Shown: positions 34,884 to 64,000 of the stretch, piece by piece
Position numbering within the stretch: the first letter of the stretch is position 1
How the letters are laid out: each line of letters starts with the position of its first letter
NCBI GenBank assembly: GCA_963693365.1
Contig: CAVNZM010000001.1
Location: 13,130,418 to 13,194,417 of the forward strand
From: Amoebidium appalachense
Taxonomy: Eukaryota > Protista > Ichthyosporea
Reading direction: 5' to 3'
Length of the DNA stretch: 64,000 nt
The notes under the pieces: model-generated
Told to the model about the DNA's origin: nothing
Seen by the model: only the letters and a program-made list of their open reading frames with translations
Database searches by the model: none
Position numbers and translations under genes: made by a program

Positions 34884-35441
34884 ACCCTCTTTCCACCTGA
34901 TTCTTCCTCTCGCTATCTCACTCCCTCTTTCTTTTCTCTTCCTCTTTTTTCTGCCTTTTCGCGTTATTACCATACACAGTATAGGTTTCTTTCTCGTTCT
35001 GATAGAGAAATCAAAGGTAAAACTCAGTCGGCATGTGTTATGTTCCTTAGGCAACACCGTACTGATCATTATCGCTTTTTGGGAGCTTTGGCAGGATACA
35101 TTTCTCCTGCTGTACGTATGGATACCACCCTAGTAGATAAGTCTGTATGGTGCTCCGATGTTGATATTGCCTGGGAAGTTGTGCAGTGGCGCTGTAATTC
35201 TTGTTTTCATCGCCGCTGGTGCCACTTTTGTGGTGACCTTTTTAATCGCAAGCATGTTGATAGGTGTGAATTTTTATGTCGCGTTTTACCTCTTTCCCTC
35301 CGGGTATCTGCTACACTAGCTGGCAATGTGAACACTTTAGACTTTTTGTTGAATTCTGTTGGTCGTCACATTGAGTATTTATATGATTTTCACACAGTGT
35401 TCAGGTATCTCAGTATGCACTTGTTACTGGATAACTCGTGA
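34884..35441 (+). pseudogene. LINE ORF2 3' portion with CCHC zinc-binding domain
   Basis: Continues the 8334 frame once the insert and one TACCC are removed (EPT|LFPPDSSSRY...). Contains WRCN...WCHFCGDLFNRKHVDRC. Confidence 0.85.
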
Positions 35442-36445
35442 AGTTTTTATTGTCTTCTCAGCATACCGTGCATGCTTGCATATCTTTCCGTCGAATAAAT
35501 CCAGTCAAAAGGAAAAAAAAAAAGAAAAAAAAAAAAAAAAAAACATTCTTTCTTCTGCCAGTTGGCTCGCCTCGTGCGCGCGGTCTCAGCAATTTTCGGC
35601 GGTTACACCCTCGTTTCCCAAGCAGCCCCCCTCCCCCCCCCCCCCCCCCCCCCCCCTCCCTCCCTCCCTCCCCTCCTCCTCCTCCCCCCAAGATTTGTTT
35701 TCCTCAATGACTTTTTTGTTCACCCCATCTGGGTTGTTTGTTGAACCCGCTGCAGCCAAAAGACAAAAGGCGAGGATAACATGAACGAGAGTCCTCAGCA
35801 AAGCCCAATGGCCTTGCCCACGTCCAATGCGGACGCGAGCATGTTTGTAACCCATGCTCACACAAAATATGTACTGTCAGTTATGATCGAGCATTAAAGG
35901 GTGTTGTCTGTTTTTATATGAGCCTACTGCAATATGATAAGGATGCTAGCGCTGTGTCACACCTGTCAACTGCCAGTCCAGGCTGTGACTGCCCGTTCAA
36001 GTAGGCCACCTGCACGTGGTCGACGTGGTCTTGCTTAGCCCGCCTTTCGAGTTTATTCCTCGAATCAGACGCCACCAACGATGAGCCACAAGCAAAACGG
36101 GTCAGGAACGATTCGAGCTGATTCGACCCATAATAGTTCGAACCGTCCCATTTATGCCCCAAATAAACTTGGCACCAAACTTTGGCACGAACCTGGTGAC
36201 GTAAAATGTGGCACAAATTTATTTGGCACCAACCCGCTAGCGGAGCAGATCCAGGGGTATCCCCAAGCGCCTGTCGGTGCCTGGGCTCGAGTTTGTGTCT
36301 GCCCATCGAACCTCAACCACAGTATTAGTATAGTTTTTTCTAAACTGTGCACTCCCCATATATTTTTTTGGTAACAACAAAGTTCACAATTTTGATAGTC
36401 GAATGAGTAACAGCAATTCGTCGTTCCTGTACATGTAAAAAGAAT

Positions 36446-36721
36446 ATGCGCAGCAAGATAGGTGCCCTGCGCGCCAAACTCAAGAAGAGGGCAGCTGCCC
36501 CGGCCCCAAGTACTGGCCCCATCCCAGTCACAGCCACCCTACCCGTCATACCTGTGCCGGCACCAGCACCAGCAGCACCCACGGCTGCAAGGAGTAGTAG
36601 GTGCCATAGTTGCCGGGCTACTCTGGGCCTAGTGGCCTACCCGTGCAAGTGTAGCCAGGCCTTCTGCGGCTCTCACAGGCACGCGCACGACTGCACACAC
36701 AACTACAGGGGGCCAAAGTAG
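36446..36721 (+). CDS. Small intronless AN1-type zinc-finger protein (SAP/ZFAND-like)
   Basis: RCHSCRATLGLVAYPCKCSQAFCGSHRHAHDCTHNY fits the AN1 pattern CxxC-CxC-CxxH-HxC. GC-rich ORF in AT-richer flanks. Confidence 0.85.
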   Translation: MRSKIGALRAKLKKRAAAPAPSTGPIPVTATLPVIPVPAPAPAAPTAARSSRCHSCRATLGLVAYPCKCSQAFCGSHRHAHDCTHNYRGPK

Positions 36722-37014
36722 CCAGCTTGCAGCCTGTACTGTACTGTACATACTTGTTGTAGATTTATTGTGAAGAAGTTGAGTTCGCATGTATGGATGA
36801 TTTGTATGAAAGATACATCAAGCCTTTCTAGATTTACAAACCATATGTGACGCAATAAAAATCTTCGTGAAGTAAAAGGATCTCTCTTCCTGCAGCTCAT
36901 GTTCATGTGACGCAGCGTTCGCCCTCTCTCTCACCCTTTTCACTCTAATAACTCCCCACCTTCTTCTTGCTCTCCCCATCCCTCCCCTCCCCCTCTCCCC
37001 CCATACACACCCCA

Positions 37015-37045
<31 letters not shown>

Positions 37046-37565
37046 GAACACACACGCACACACACACGGCCGCCCCGCCCTCCCACACATAAACCACCAC
37101 CCACCCCGAGACATTTTTTCTCCCCCGTCACCTATTTCCGGGCCCTCTCTCTAGTCTCTGTTCAAAGTTTCCTACAAACACAGTCTCCGTCATCAAACAT
37201 GCATGTCCTGCGCGCTGATTGGCTGCGACTAAATGCACTGGCCAATCATCGTCTGCTTCGAAAATAAGCAATTTTACACCCTAAGGAGGCCTTCGCAAAT
37301 ATATGCATGTCCTGCACACAGTCAGACGCACGCACAGCAACAAACGTGTGCGCTTAAAGGTTCTCAGTAGCTGTATAGCTGTAGCTATTGCATACGTATG
37401 TACTAGGGACAGGTACACGCTGCCTCAGCCTGTTGACTCTTGAGCATTGTGTCGAAAGCTGCCGCTGCGTGCATACCTGACAGACAGAGGCTCACCGCGT
37501 CCCAGCCACTATTATGCTTGCGCCTTGCCGCCTGGGTGGGCAACACGCACACACAGCTACCGGCC

Positions 37566-45828
<8,263 letters not shown>

Positions 45829-46284
45829 TGCTGCTTGCCTGTGTGTGCGCCTGTGTGTGCGCCTGTACGTGCCTCTGTGCCGGTGTGTGTGGGCCCGTGC
45901 GTGTATGCCCGTGTGCACTCATGTGTGCTCGGGCAGTCGGTTGGTTCCTTTCGTCATGGTGGCAGCTGACGGAAGCTGAAAGTTTGTGTGTGTTTGTGTG
46001 TGAGTGTGAGTGTGTGTGTCTGTGTCTGTGTGTCTTGTGTGTATCTGTGTGGTGTGTGTCCGTGTGGGGGTGGGGGTGTTTACGTGTGTTTGTGCCACAA
46101 GCTGTGCGTGTGTGCGCGCGTGTGTGTTGGGGGGGGGGGAGGAGGGAGGCGGAGGGGAGGGGGTCATTAGGTGTAGCCTTTGTTTAGTGGTGTGTGGGAT
46201 GCCTTTTTTGGATCCCCCGCTGTGATGAATGTGTACTGCACCCTTCCCCCCACATGCTGCTCTAATCGTGTGTGGTGGGGCGAA

Positions 46285-46570
46285 GTAGCTAATGAATATC
46301 TTGTTCCGTATTTCTGTGCTTACCTGCTGCATTTATTAGTTTGCAGTAGGTTTGTTCCGTACCTCTTTGATTGTTCACGGTGCTATGTGCTTTGTTAATT
46401 ACTTTGCAATAGGCTTGTTCCGTACCTCTTTAATTATTCACGGTGCTATGTGCTTTAATTACTTTGCAATAGGCTTGTTCCATACCTCTTCAATTATACA
46501 CAGTGCTATTTGCTTTGATTATTGGTCTGCAATCTGTTTGTTCTGTACCTCTTTGTTTATTAGTCTGCAA
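46285..46570. repeat. Degenerate ~60-bp tandem repeat, 4-5 copies
   Basis: Recurring TTGCAATAGGCTTGTTCCGTACCTCTTTAATTATTCACGGTGCTATGTGCTTT-like unit. Confidence 0.85.
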
Positions 46571-47340
46571 CGCGCGCTCCCAGGGTGGGGCCGTGATAGG
46601 CTCGTACCGAGTGACCTTCTGAATGATGAAAATAAGAGTAAATAAAGGGTGTCGAATGATATAACAGCCATTGATTTGCTGACAATGTTGGTGTGTCTGC
46701 ACATGGGTGTGTGCACGGATGTACACGTGCTGTGTGTTTACGTACAGCACATGTAAATGTGGGTAAGCAAATCGTGGCGGTGGCCTGCAGCTGTGTGCCA
46801 CTGCACTTGCTGGCGCATTGGTCAGCCCATCTTCCCTTGCCCACTGTAAGCCCACATATGCGCATGGGTGCATGCGGGCAACTCCATGTGGCTGCATGGC
46901 CGGTCCTATATGTGTCTGTACGTGTGTGTAAGTGTATGGCTGTGTCAGCGTGTGGTGACATGTCATGTGGGTGAGGTGGATACGTGTGTACACTTATGTG
47001 GGTGGGTGTCAGCTGCAGTGTGTGCGTGTGTATGTATGTATATGTGCGGATGAATGGCCATGGGTTGGTGGGTGGGTGGAAGTGTACATGTCGGTGATCT
47101 GTGTGTGTCTTTGCGTCTAGGTATATGTGTGCGAGTGTGGGTGGGCCGGCCGGGTGGGTCTAGCTGTGCACGTGTGTTGGGTGGGTAGGTGCGTGGGTGT
47201 CTGGCCATGGTAGGTGTGTGTGTGTAGTGGCGGCGCATGGTGGGTGCTTGCATGGTGGGTAGGTGTGTACACACGTGTGGCCATTGAGTGGGCGTTGGCC
47301 ATGTGGGCCATGTGTGTAGAGAGGTGTGTGTGTATGTGTG

Positions 47341-47341
<1 letters not shown>

Positions 47342-47407
<66 letters not shown>
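47342..47407 (+). repeat. Longest pure poly-G tract in the window (~66 nt); many shorter G/C tracts occur throughout
   Basis: Direct reading; exact homopolymer lengths are probably unreliable. Confidence 0.9.
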
Positions 47408-47408
<1 letters not shown>

Positions 47409-48354
47409 GGGTATATGGCCATGGGGCTCCCACGATTTGCATGTGCGCGCGCAAAATTGTGGGAGTGTGTGTTTGTATGCACGTATGCGCGCTCGTGGGT
47501 TTGTGTTGTGTGCAAATGATCAAATTGTGTGGGAACGTGTGTTTGTGGGTGGGCGTGCAGTGCAACGCCAACTGTCTGCGCTTGTGTGGGTAGGTGTCAG
47601 TCTGCATGTGTCCATGTGTGCGCAATATGGGTGCGTGGGTGGGTAGGTGTATGTATGTGGGGGCGTAGGTGTGTGAGTGTGTGTGTGAGTGTTGGACAGG
47701 ACCGGGGGAGGGGGCGGGGCAGGGCAGGGGGGGGGGGGGGGGGGGGGGCTCTAATGTGTGGGTCATGGGGTGTGTGTGTGTGTGGGTGTGTGGGTGGGTG
47801 TGGGTGTGTGTGTGTGTGTGTGCGTGTGTGCGCGTGTGTTTGTGTTGTTGTTTTTTTTTTTTTTTTTTTTTTTTTGGGGGGGGGGGGGGGGAGGGGGCTC
47901 TTTAATGTGTGTTCAGGTGTGTGAATGAATATACGTGTGTGCGGGGGGGTGCCTAGGGGGGGGGGAGGGGGGAGGTGGGGAAGGAGGGTGGGGGGGGGGG
48001 GGGGGGGGGGGGGGGGAATGGATTCCAGGAGGCCCACACTCAGACCCCTCTGAAAACACAGACACAATGCTTGGTTAAGGCAACCCATTCATTCTCAATC
48101 AGTGAAGCACAGCAAGTATTGTGCTCGACAACATTGGCTGCAAAGCAGGAAAACTCAAACTAGGAGCATCCTTATTCCGTTCAGTTACGGAAATTGTACT
48201 AAATAAACTCGTACTAAAAAAAAAAAAAAAACCCTCATAAGAATATAGACCAGTAGTGAAACTGTGGTTCAAAAACTCCACTGAAACATGTAGGTAGAGA
48301 GATACATTTCATTCAAATTGTGTTGCTGTGTGTGTGTGTGTGTGTGTGTGTGTG

Positions 48355-48402
<48 letters not shown>

Positions 48403-48421
48403 TGTATGTGTCTGTGTCTGT

Positions 48422-48476
<55 letters not shown>

Positions 48477-48980
48477 CGCGCGCGCGCGCATGTGTAAAGA
48501 AGAAGAACGGGGAGAGGGCAGGCAATCACCTATGTGTGTTGGCCCCTTTGTATGTGTGTCAAGGAGACTGCACAAAGACCCAAGCGTAAATTCTTACTCA
48601 CTATGTTGCTTGACGCTACATATGCGTGACTGTGCCAGCGGCTGTCTGTGTGTGCATTGATGCTTCATTCTGTAACATCACGAATGTGCGGGTCGGGTGG
48701 CCGTGTATCTGCAAGTGTGCCTACGCGTGTACATATGTGTTTGTGTACGTGCGTGCATACGTTCTTGTGCGGTTCGTGTGTGTGTGTGTGTGTGTGCGTG
48801 TGTGGGCTTGGTGGATAGCAGGAGCTACCGACCTGCTACAGCCACACTTTCTGCAGCCAATACCACCTCATACCAAGTCCATCCCCCCCAGAGTCCGACC
48901 CAACACAGCTGCCCAACCACCCCTCCTCCCTAACCACCACACCACAGCCATATGGCCTCCCTACACCCCCCAGTTCCCCC

Positions 48981-49601
48981 TTAGCTCTTATTTCCCCCTG
49001 TTGGGTCCCATTCTTCCGGTGCCCACTCTTTTGTCGTCTTAGTCTCCTCCTTACCCCTACCCCCCGCCTCTGTCTCCTTCTCCTCCGTCTTCTGTGTGCC
49101 TGCAGGTAGCCAGTGTGCGGGCTGGAACTCATCACCTCTCCTCAGGGGGCTAAGCACTGTGTCTCTCCCTCCAGGCGTGAAGGCTGCCGCGTGGTCCACC
49201 AGCCCAAGGTGCTGCCTGCGTGCCTCGTCTGCCTCTGCCTGCCGCACTGCCTCCTCTCCTAGCTCACGCACACGCCTCTCCCTCTCTTTCGCACTCAGCG
49301 CCTGCACGTTTTCCTGTAACTGCTCCTGCTGCCTGTTTAGCTCCTCCAACTCGTCTATGCTCGGTGCGTCTGCCCGTGTGCCTGCCAGCCAGGCCCGCCA
49401 CGGTGCCACTATGTTGCTGTCGCTGTATGCGGCGTGCTGCTCGCCCCCCGCAGGCTCCATGACCCTTCTGGTGCGATAGCGTGTCTGCGACCCCTCCACG
49501 GGCAGCACCTCGAAGTATTTGTTGCCTGCAAGGTCGGTGCCTGCTAGCCTCCGCGCTGGTGCTGTGGCCGTGTCCACAAGGCCAAGCAGCCGCCGAAACA
49601 T
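48981..49601 (-). CDS. NDUFAF2: Complex I assembly factor NDUFAF2 (NDUFA12-like/mimitin), intronless
   Basis: GTDLAGNKYFE, RTRRVME, PWRAWLAGTRADAPS, coiled-coil segment, FQPAHWLP. Confidence 0.88.
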   Translation of the reverse strand: MFRRLLGLVDTATAPARRLAGTDLAGNKYFEVLPVEGSQTRYRTRRVMEPAGGEQHAAYSDSNIVAPWRAWLAGTRADAPSIDELEELNRQQEQLQENVQALSAKERERRVRELGEEAVRQAEADEARRQHLGLVDHAAAFTPGGRDTVLSPLRRGDEFQPAHWLPAGTQKTEEKETEAGGRGKEETKTTKEWAPEEWDPTGGNKS

Positions 49602-49825
49602 GGTGGGGGTGTGTGTGTGGGGTGGGGGGTGAAGAGAGAAGCGTGCTCAGGGTACACAAACAGCTGCTAAAGGTAGAATCACGTGTGTCTTTCAAGGTTA
49701 CTAAGGCGTTATCCTTTTGCACTAAGTTAAAGCCGCAGCTAGCGTAGCTTCTCAGAGTAAGGAGAAAGAAAACGTTTCCTGTAAAGACAGAAGACAACAC
49801 TGCCGCATGACTTGCAAGTGATGCC

Positions 49826-51589
49826 ATGCAAAGGGCCACACATGACGTCATCATTGCCCAGGTGATTGCGCAAACAGTAGAGCGCGCTGTACCACTTCCC
49901 CTCCGAATGGCATCCGCCAGAGGAGTCCAACAGTCCAGAGGGGGCCTTGGTACAAAACGCGGAGCTGGCCAACCGGAGATCACAACACTGACGCCTGCTG
50001 CTTGCGAGGTCCCTGTACCTGGCCGAGCACCTATCTCCTGCCGCACCCACCCACCCACCCCACAGCACCACAGGGCGAGCCTAGCCCCTAGCCCTTCACC
50101 CACCATGGACCCCAGAGCCTCCCCTCGTCCATCGCACACACCGCCCAGCCAACCGCCCAGCCAAACCCTGCGGCCCTCCGTCCCTTCTGCACCCAACCCC
50201 TCTGCCCCCCGTCCGCGCGCTCCCCCGCCACACCCTGGGCGCGTACCCCCGCCCAGCCACCCAGCCACGCAGGGCCGGCCTGCACAGCCCCCAGGTGCAG
50301 TGCGTGCTGGACCGGCCAGGCCACGGCTACAGCTCAACTGCCCGGGGCCTTTGTATGTGGGCCACGGCTGGGACGGTGACCCGGCCCACGTCACATACTG
50401 CAGCCACTGCGCTATGCTCATAGCTGTTTATGGCCGTCTGGTGCGTGCAACTTGATAAACTCAACACCAACCCCTCCTCCCCCTTCCCCCTCCCCCCCTT
50501 CCCCTTCCCCCTCCCCCCCTTCCCCTTCCCCCCCCCCTCCCCCCCCCCCCCCCCCCCGACCACCCCCCCCCCCCCCCCCCCCCCTTGCCCACTCACAAAA
50601 ACAAAAAGGGATGGCACAGACACAGAAGCACCCGTGTTTAAGCACGCACGCACACACGCACATGCACACACGTGCAGCCACTCTTCTCTCCACACCCCCC
50701 CGCCCTCCCCCCCCTCCCCCCCTTCCCCCAAACCCCCCGTCCCTTCCCCTTTTTCTCCGCTGCAACCCTCACACAGCCTGGGCCCTGAGCGACCCCCCAA
50801 CACTTTTTTTACCGTTTTTTTTACGACTGACACGTCGACACTGTCCTACATCACCACTTTCTGGTGCAATGCCAAACCATATGCCTCTGGTTTCTTCATT
50901 TGTGTGCAGTAGGAGCACTTTTTTGGTGCTCAGACAGGAGGGCAGGGCACTTGGGCCAGCCCTGTGCGTGGGTGTTCATATACTTCAGCTCTCTTGAAAT
51001 ATGTTGGCGTGTTCGCGCATCTGTGTCTGTGAGTTGTGTTTGCTTTGTACTGACAGTTGATTTTTGCAGCGACCATGTAGGCACGTTTTCTGTCTGCACT
51101 GCACCTGGACTCCAACCTGCCACAAGTATGTGCGACCCCCCCTCCCCCCCCCCCCCCCCCCCTCCCCCCCCCCTCCCCTCCTGTTATGTGCCTTGGCTCC
51201 TCCTGAGTATGGACCCTGCTTGTGATGCATAGCCTTTGTGTACTTTGCAGGCTGCAATGTGTTACTCGTAATTAATGTGTACTTCGTATGCTGTAATACA
51301 TTTACCCCCCTTCCCCCCCCCCCCCCCCCAAAAAAAAAAATAATAATAAAATAAATAAATAAAAATAAAACTAAAACTAAAAATAAAATGAAAAACACCA
51401 CTGGACACACTCTTTTGTATGGCTTGATTGCTTGTTTGCTTGTGCTATTGATGGTAAGTGCTCCGTGTTCAATTTGAGCACGCAGTACACACGGTAGCCA
51501 ATGTGGGGCCATGCAGTCACATGCAGTGTACTGGTGGCTACATGATATTCTTCAGGAATGCTGAAAATGCTACCCTCTCCGGGACAGCA

Positions 51590-51620
<31 letters not shown>

Positions 51621-51891
51621 CCCGCCCCAGCCGCCCCACCCCCCCATTCGCCCCTACACGCACGCACCCACCGCAACCCACCCCACCCTACGTACCCCAC
51701 TTCCGCCGGCTACCGGAATACCGTGCATGACTACTTCTTTCTTTCTGAGGACGGGCTCTCCGTGCGATTCGAATTGTTTCTCTCAATGTCGTTTCATCGT
51801 AATATATGAATTTGCAGCGTGTTCTAACAGGGCCCCTCCTCCCCCCCCCCTCCCCCCCTCCCCCCCCCCCCCCCCCCCCCCCCTCCCCTCC

Positions 51892-51922
<31 letters not shown>

Positions 51923-52105
51923 CAGGCCCCAGTTACCGATGTAGAGGAGCTTAGTGACCTACGCAGTGTGTATGTGTGCTCTGTGTGCCAGCTGGGCTAC
52001 CGCCAGGCCAGCACCTACCAGGCACACATGGCCACACACACTGTAAATCCAGCCACCTCGGCAGCAACATCCACAGCACGGCCTAGCCAGCAGGCTGCTG
52101 CATGA
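49826..52105 (+). CDS. CBLL1: Hakai/CBLL1-like RING-HYB zinc-finger protein, 3 exons
   Basis: Exons 49826-50440, 51070-51125, 51919-52105 splice to YCSHCAMLIAVYGRL|RPCRHVFCLHC..TCHK|CQAPV...YVCSVC..Y....YQAHMATH, matching the Hakai pattern CxxC..IxIYGRxxPCxHVFCxxC..CxxC..PV..C..C..H..H. Confidence 0.88.
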
Positions 52106-52654
52106 CCGACAATACCCGTGGGTGTTTTTTTTTTTGCCCTTCTTTCTTTCCTTTTTTGTTTTCATATGGGTCACATGTTGTGTTTCCGGTTGGCCGGAGG
52201 GAGCGGCAAATAAAGTGCAATGATCCCCTTGTTTTATACAAATGAACCCATGAAGAGTACTTACTGTAACGAGATTGGTGGTGGTGGTGGTGTTGTATGT
52301 ATGTATGTTTAGAAGAGGGGGGAGGGGGGAAGAGGGGGGGGATAGTGTTGGCTATGTATGAAAGGATGTCGAACCTACATGTAGTACATGCGGCAAAACA
52401 AAGATGATCTATGTGAGTGTGGAAATTTACTGTAATCCAGATCTCATGTAGTTATGTATATCCATGATAGTATGCAGGAATGCTAACTGCCTTAAGGAGC
52501 CACTAATACACGTTTGTGTACATATGTAATTGAATGAATGGCATCTTCAACACACTGGCTGTGTTTTCTGATTGGTCTTGGTCGATGCTCATTGGTTAAA
52601 GTGTGTGTGGGACTGGGGCTGGATGGGTGGGTGGTTGACATCATGTGTGTATGT

Positions 52655-52707
<53 letters not shown>

Positions 52708-53145
52708 GAGGGGGGGATCCGGAAAAGGCGCCAGGCTTGGTGATAGAACGATTATATATTTCATGATTTACAGACGGCATCATGGTGCCGTGTGGCAGCG
52801 TGCAAGACACTGTTACATCCACACCTGACTGGTGATTTTTAAAATTAAAACTTAAATCATATATCACAGAATAAATACACAACAATGCCCTATGGTGCGC
52901 TACCAAATAAGGAAAAGTGCGCTTTCATGAATCTCATTCGGCAAGTTGAGCAACAGAGTTCTATATCTGCACAGGTGTAGCTGCATGTGCACGTGGTGCG
53001 AGTGTTGCAGAAAAGTGTGTTTGCCTGGTGGTGACTAATAAGTGTTTGCTTTGGTGCGTGTGACTTGTGCATGCGAGTTTGATCGTCAAGTATGAGAATG
53101 TGTGTTTTTGTGTGCGCGCTTGTGTGTGCCTGATTGTGTATGTGA

Positions 53146-53220
<75 letters not shown>

Positions 53221-53377
53221 CCTACGTGTACGAACAGTGTGCGTATTGTGTGCAGCCATCTGTTCGCTTATGGCGCTCGTCTGTGCGTGCACCAATGACC
53301 ATACGTGTACCACCGTGTATCCAACACACGGTGTGCTGTGGAGGCTTGTCTGCCATTGCGTGTTTTTGTGTACCTGC

Positions 53378-53414
<37 letters not shown>

Positions 53415-53468
53415 TTGTCTCAGCACGTGCAACAGTGTAACATTAAATGAGCCAATCAGTCACAGCCA

Positions 53469-57570
<4,102 letters not shown>

Positions 57571-58549
57571 CTTGCGTACCTTCTCCTATCGCTATGTGGG
57601 CCAGATCTTGCAACTGTGGACAGAGACCTTGCCACGTTTGCAATTTGGTGAAATTTATATTTGATGCCAGTTATTCGTTGGCTTTAGAGAGCACCTCAGC
57701 AGGCAGCCGCAGGGCTTGGAGAAGATGCAAGGCAGTCAGAAGAGGACGCACAGACACATATTAATTATCCAGTAGCTTACGCTGTTCTGCCATAGAATCT
57801 ACTGTAGTAGGTAAGAGCGGATCTGCTGCTTTAAACAAAAGCATGTCGTGCTGCTGCTTTTAACAAAAGGTTGTCGTGGATCCCTTGCCAAGAACGAGTC
57901 TAACGACGGTGTTGCCAGGTATAGGTCACGATCAAACCTGAGACGACCTATCACGTCACCACGCTGTTTCCATACACTAAATTATGCTTCACGGGTTTTC
58001 TGTTGATAAGATCTGCTTATTTGGTTCACTTCTCGGTTGTGCTTCTGCTCCCTCACCCAGTCTTTCCGTCTCGTCGTTCGTTTGGGCGGCTTTGAAGGCA
58101 TGCTTGGAAGGCTTTTGTTTACCCTTGGTCAGCGCGTACTTGCCAAATATGGCTTATCTCTATGATCAATATGCATGTTGATTGGTTTAGCACGCATCCT
58201 GAGGAATTTTCCCCTGGCTCTTGTCGCCGCGACTCGACGCGTACGGAGTCGACTGTCGAAGCCGGCCGTCTCGAGTCCTGGTGAAGCTCCTGGCTCAGTC
58301 CTGGCTCCTGGTCGACACATGTGAGGACCCGCATCCGACCTTTCAAACGGAGTAGCACTAGCAGGTTGTCAAAACGCGACCCGTATTACTATGATATGAT
58401 ACATAGAAGACTCGTATGCATAGCTAATTTAGCCTACCCCTGTTTGTTAAGGCCCGGAGGAGGGGTTCGTAGGCAGTTACACTCGCCTATTGGGAACTGC
58501 GACCACACATGTCCGACAAGCCAGCGTTCAGGCACCTAAGCTAGCCCTG

Positions 58550-63564
<5,015 letters not shown>

Positions 63565-64000
63565 GTGGGCGGCCGGACAGATAGATGCCTTGGTTGCAGA
63601 ATGCATGCACAGTGCGGTGAGCAACACACGTTGCGGCAAACTATTTCATGGTTTTATTATATTCTGTTTCTTCCCTGCTGTGTGTGTGGCGCATGTGTGT
63701 GCTTGTGCGTATGAGCGTGTGTATGTGTGTATGTGCGTGTATTTGTGTGGGTGTTCTTGGGGGTTGTTTTTGCAGTGTTGGTGGGTGACGCTGTTTGTTT
63801 GAGTAGCGTGCCCGTGTCCCTGTGTATTGGTGTGAATGTGAGGGTGCACGGATAGCTGTGTGTGTGAATTGGGCTCTGCGTGTGTTTGTCTGTGCTTGCT
63901 TCAATCACGTGCACCGGGGGAAGTATGTGTGTTCTGTGTATGTCCGTATATGTCTGGTGCATGCGTGCGTGCGTGCGGGCGTGTGTGCGTCCGTGCGTGC

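Larger units (their letters stand above)
7915..35543 (+). mobile_element. 5'-truncated APE-type non-LTR retrotransposon (LINE), split by a 25-kb LTR-element nest at 9940-34882
   Basis: SDH(S)P endonuclease terminal motif at 7958-7966; RT ORF; C-terminal CxxC-H-C domain; AATAAA at 35494-35499 followed by an A-tail. Flanked by (A)nCATTC ending at 7914 and 35548, a probable TSD. Confidence 0.9.

Noticed and set aside
37200-37360. MRE-like TGCRCNC motifs upstream of PCS
   Set aside because: TGCACAC/TGCGCGC is ubiquitous in this CA/TG-rich sequence, so no enrichment can be claimed.
49264-50421. 385-aa minus-strand ORF spanning the NDUFAF2/Hakai promoter
   Set aside because: A GC-rich antisense and off-frame shadow of two real genes, with no recognisable motifs.

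Overview
Intron-rich eukaryotic genomic DNA with canonical GT-AG introns full of poly-G/poly-C and (CA)n/(TG)n tracts. The gene set would fit a unicellular opisthokont, but the taxon cannot be proven from this window. Host genes reconstructed by hand: inorganic pyrophosphatase (+, 5' end outside the window), a CPBP/Abi-family membrane protease-like gene (-), a small AN1 zinc-finger gene (+), an 11-exon phytochelatin synthase with a mitochondrial-presequence-like N-terminus (+), NDUFAF2 (-), Hakai/CBLL1 (+), a PAQR/AdipoR-like gene (-) and an STK16-like kinase (+, 3' end outside the window). Bases 7915-35543 are a four-level nest of retroelements with every target-site duplication readable: a 5'-truncated LINE, interrupted by chromodomain Ty3/gypsy family A (TSD TACCC), whose 3' LTR holds a second family-A copy (in a C-run), whose 5' leader holds a very young chromodomain Ty3/gypsy family B (TSD CCTAG). 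The most notable signal: in both LTR families gag ends at a single stop (UGA in A, UAG in B), the reading frame stays open beyond it, and a long nested stem-loop starts a few bases downstream, the layout of programmed stop-codon readthrough. Family A also has a non-canonical primer-binding site with no TGG.
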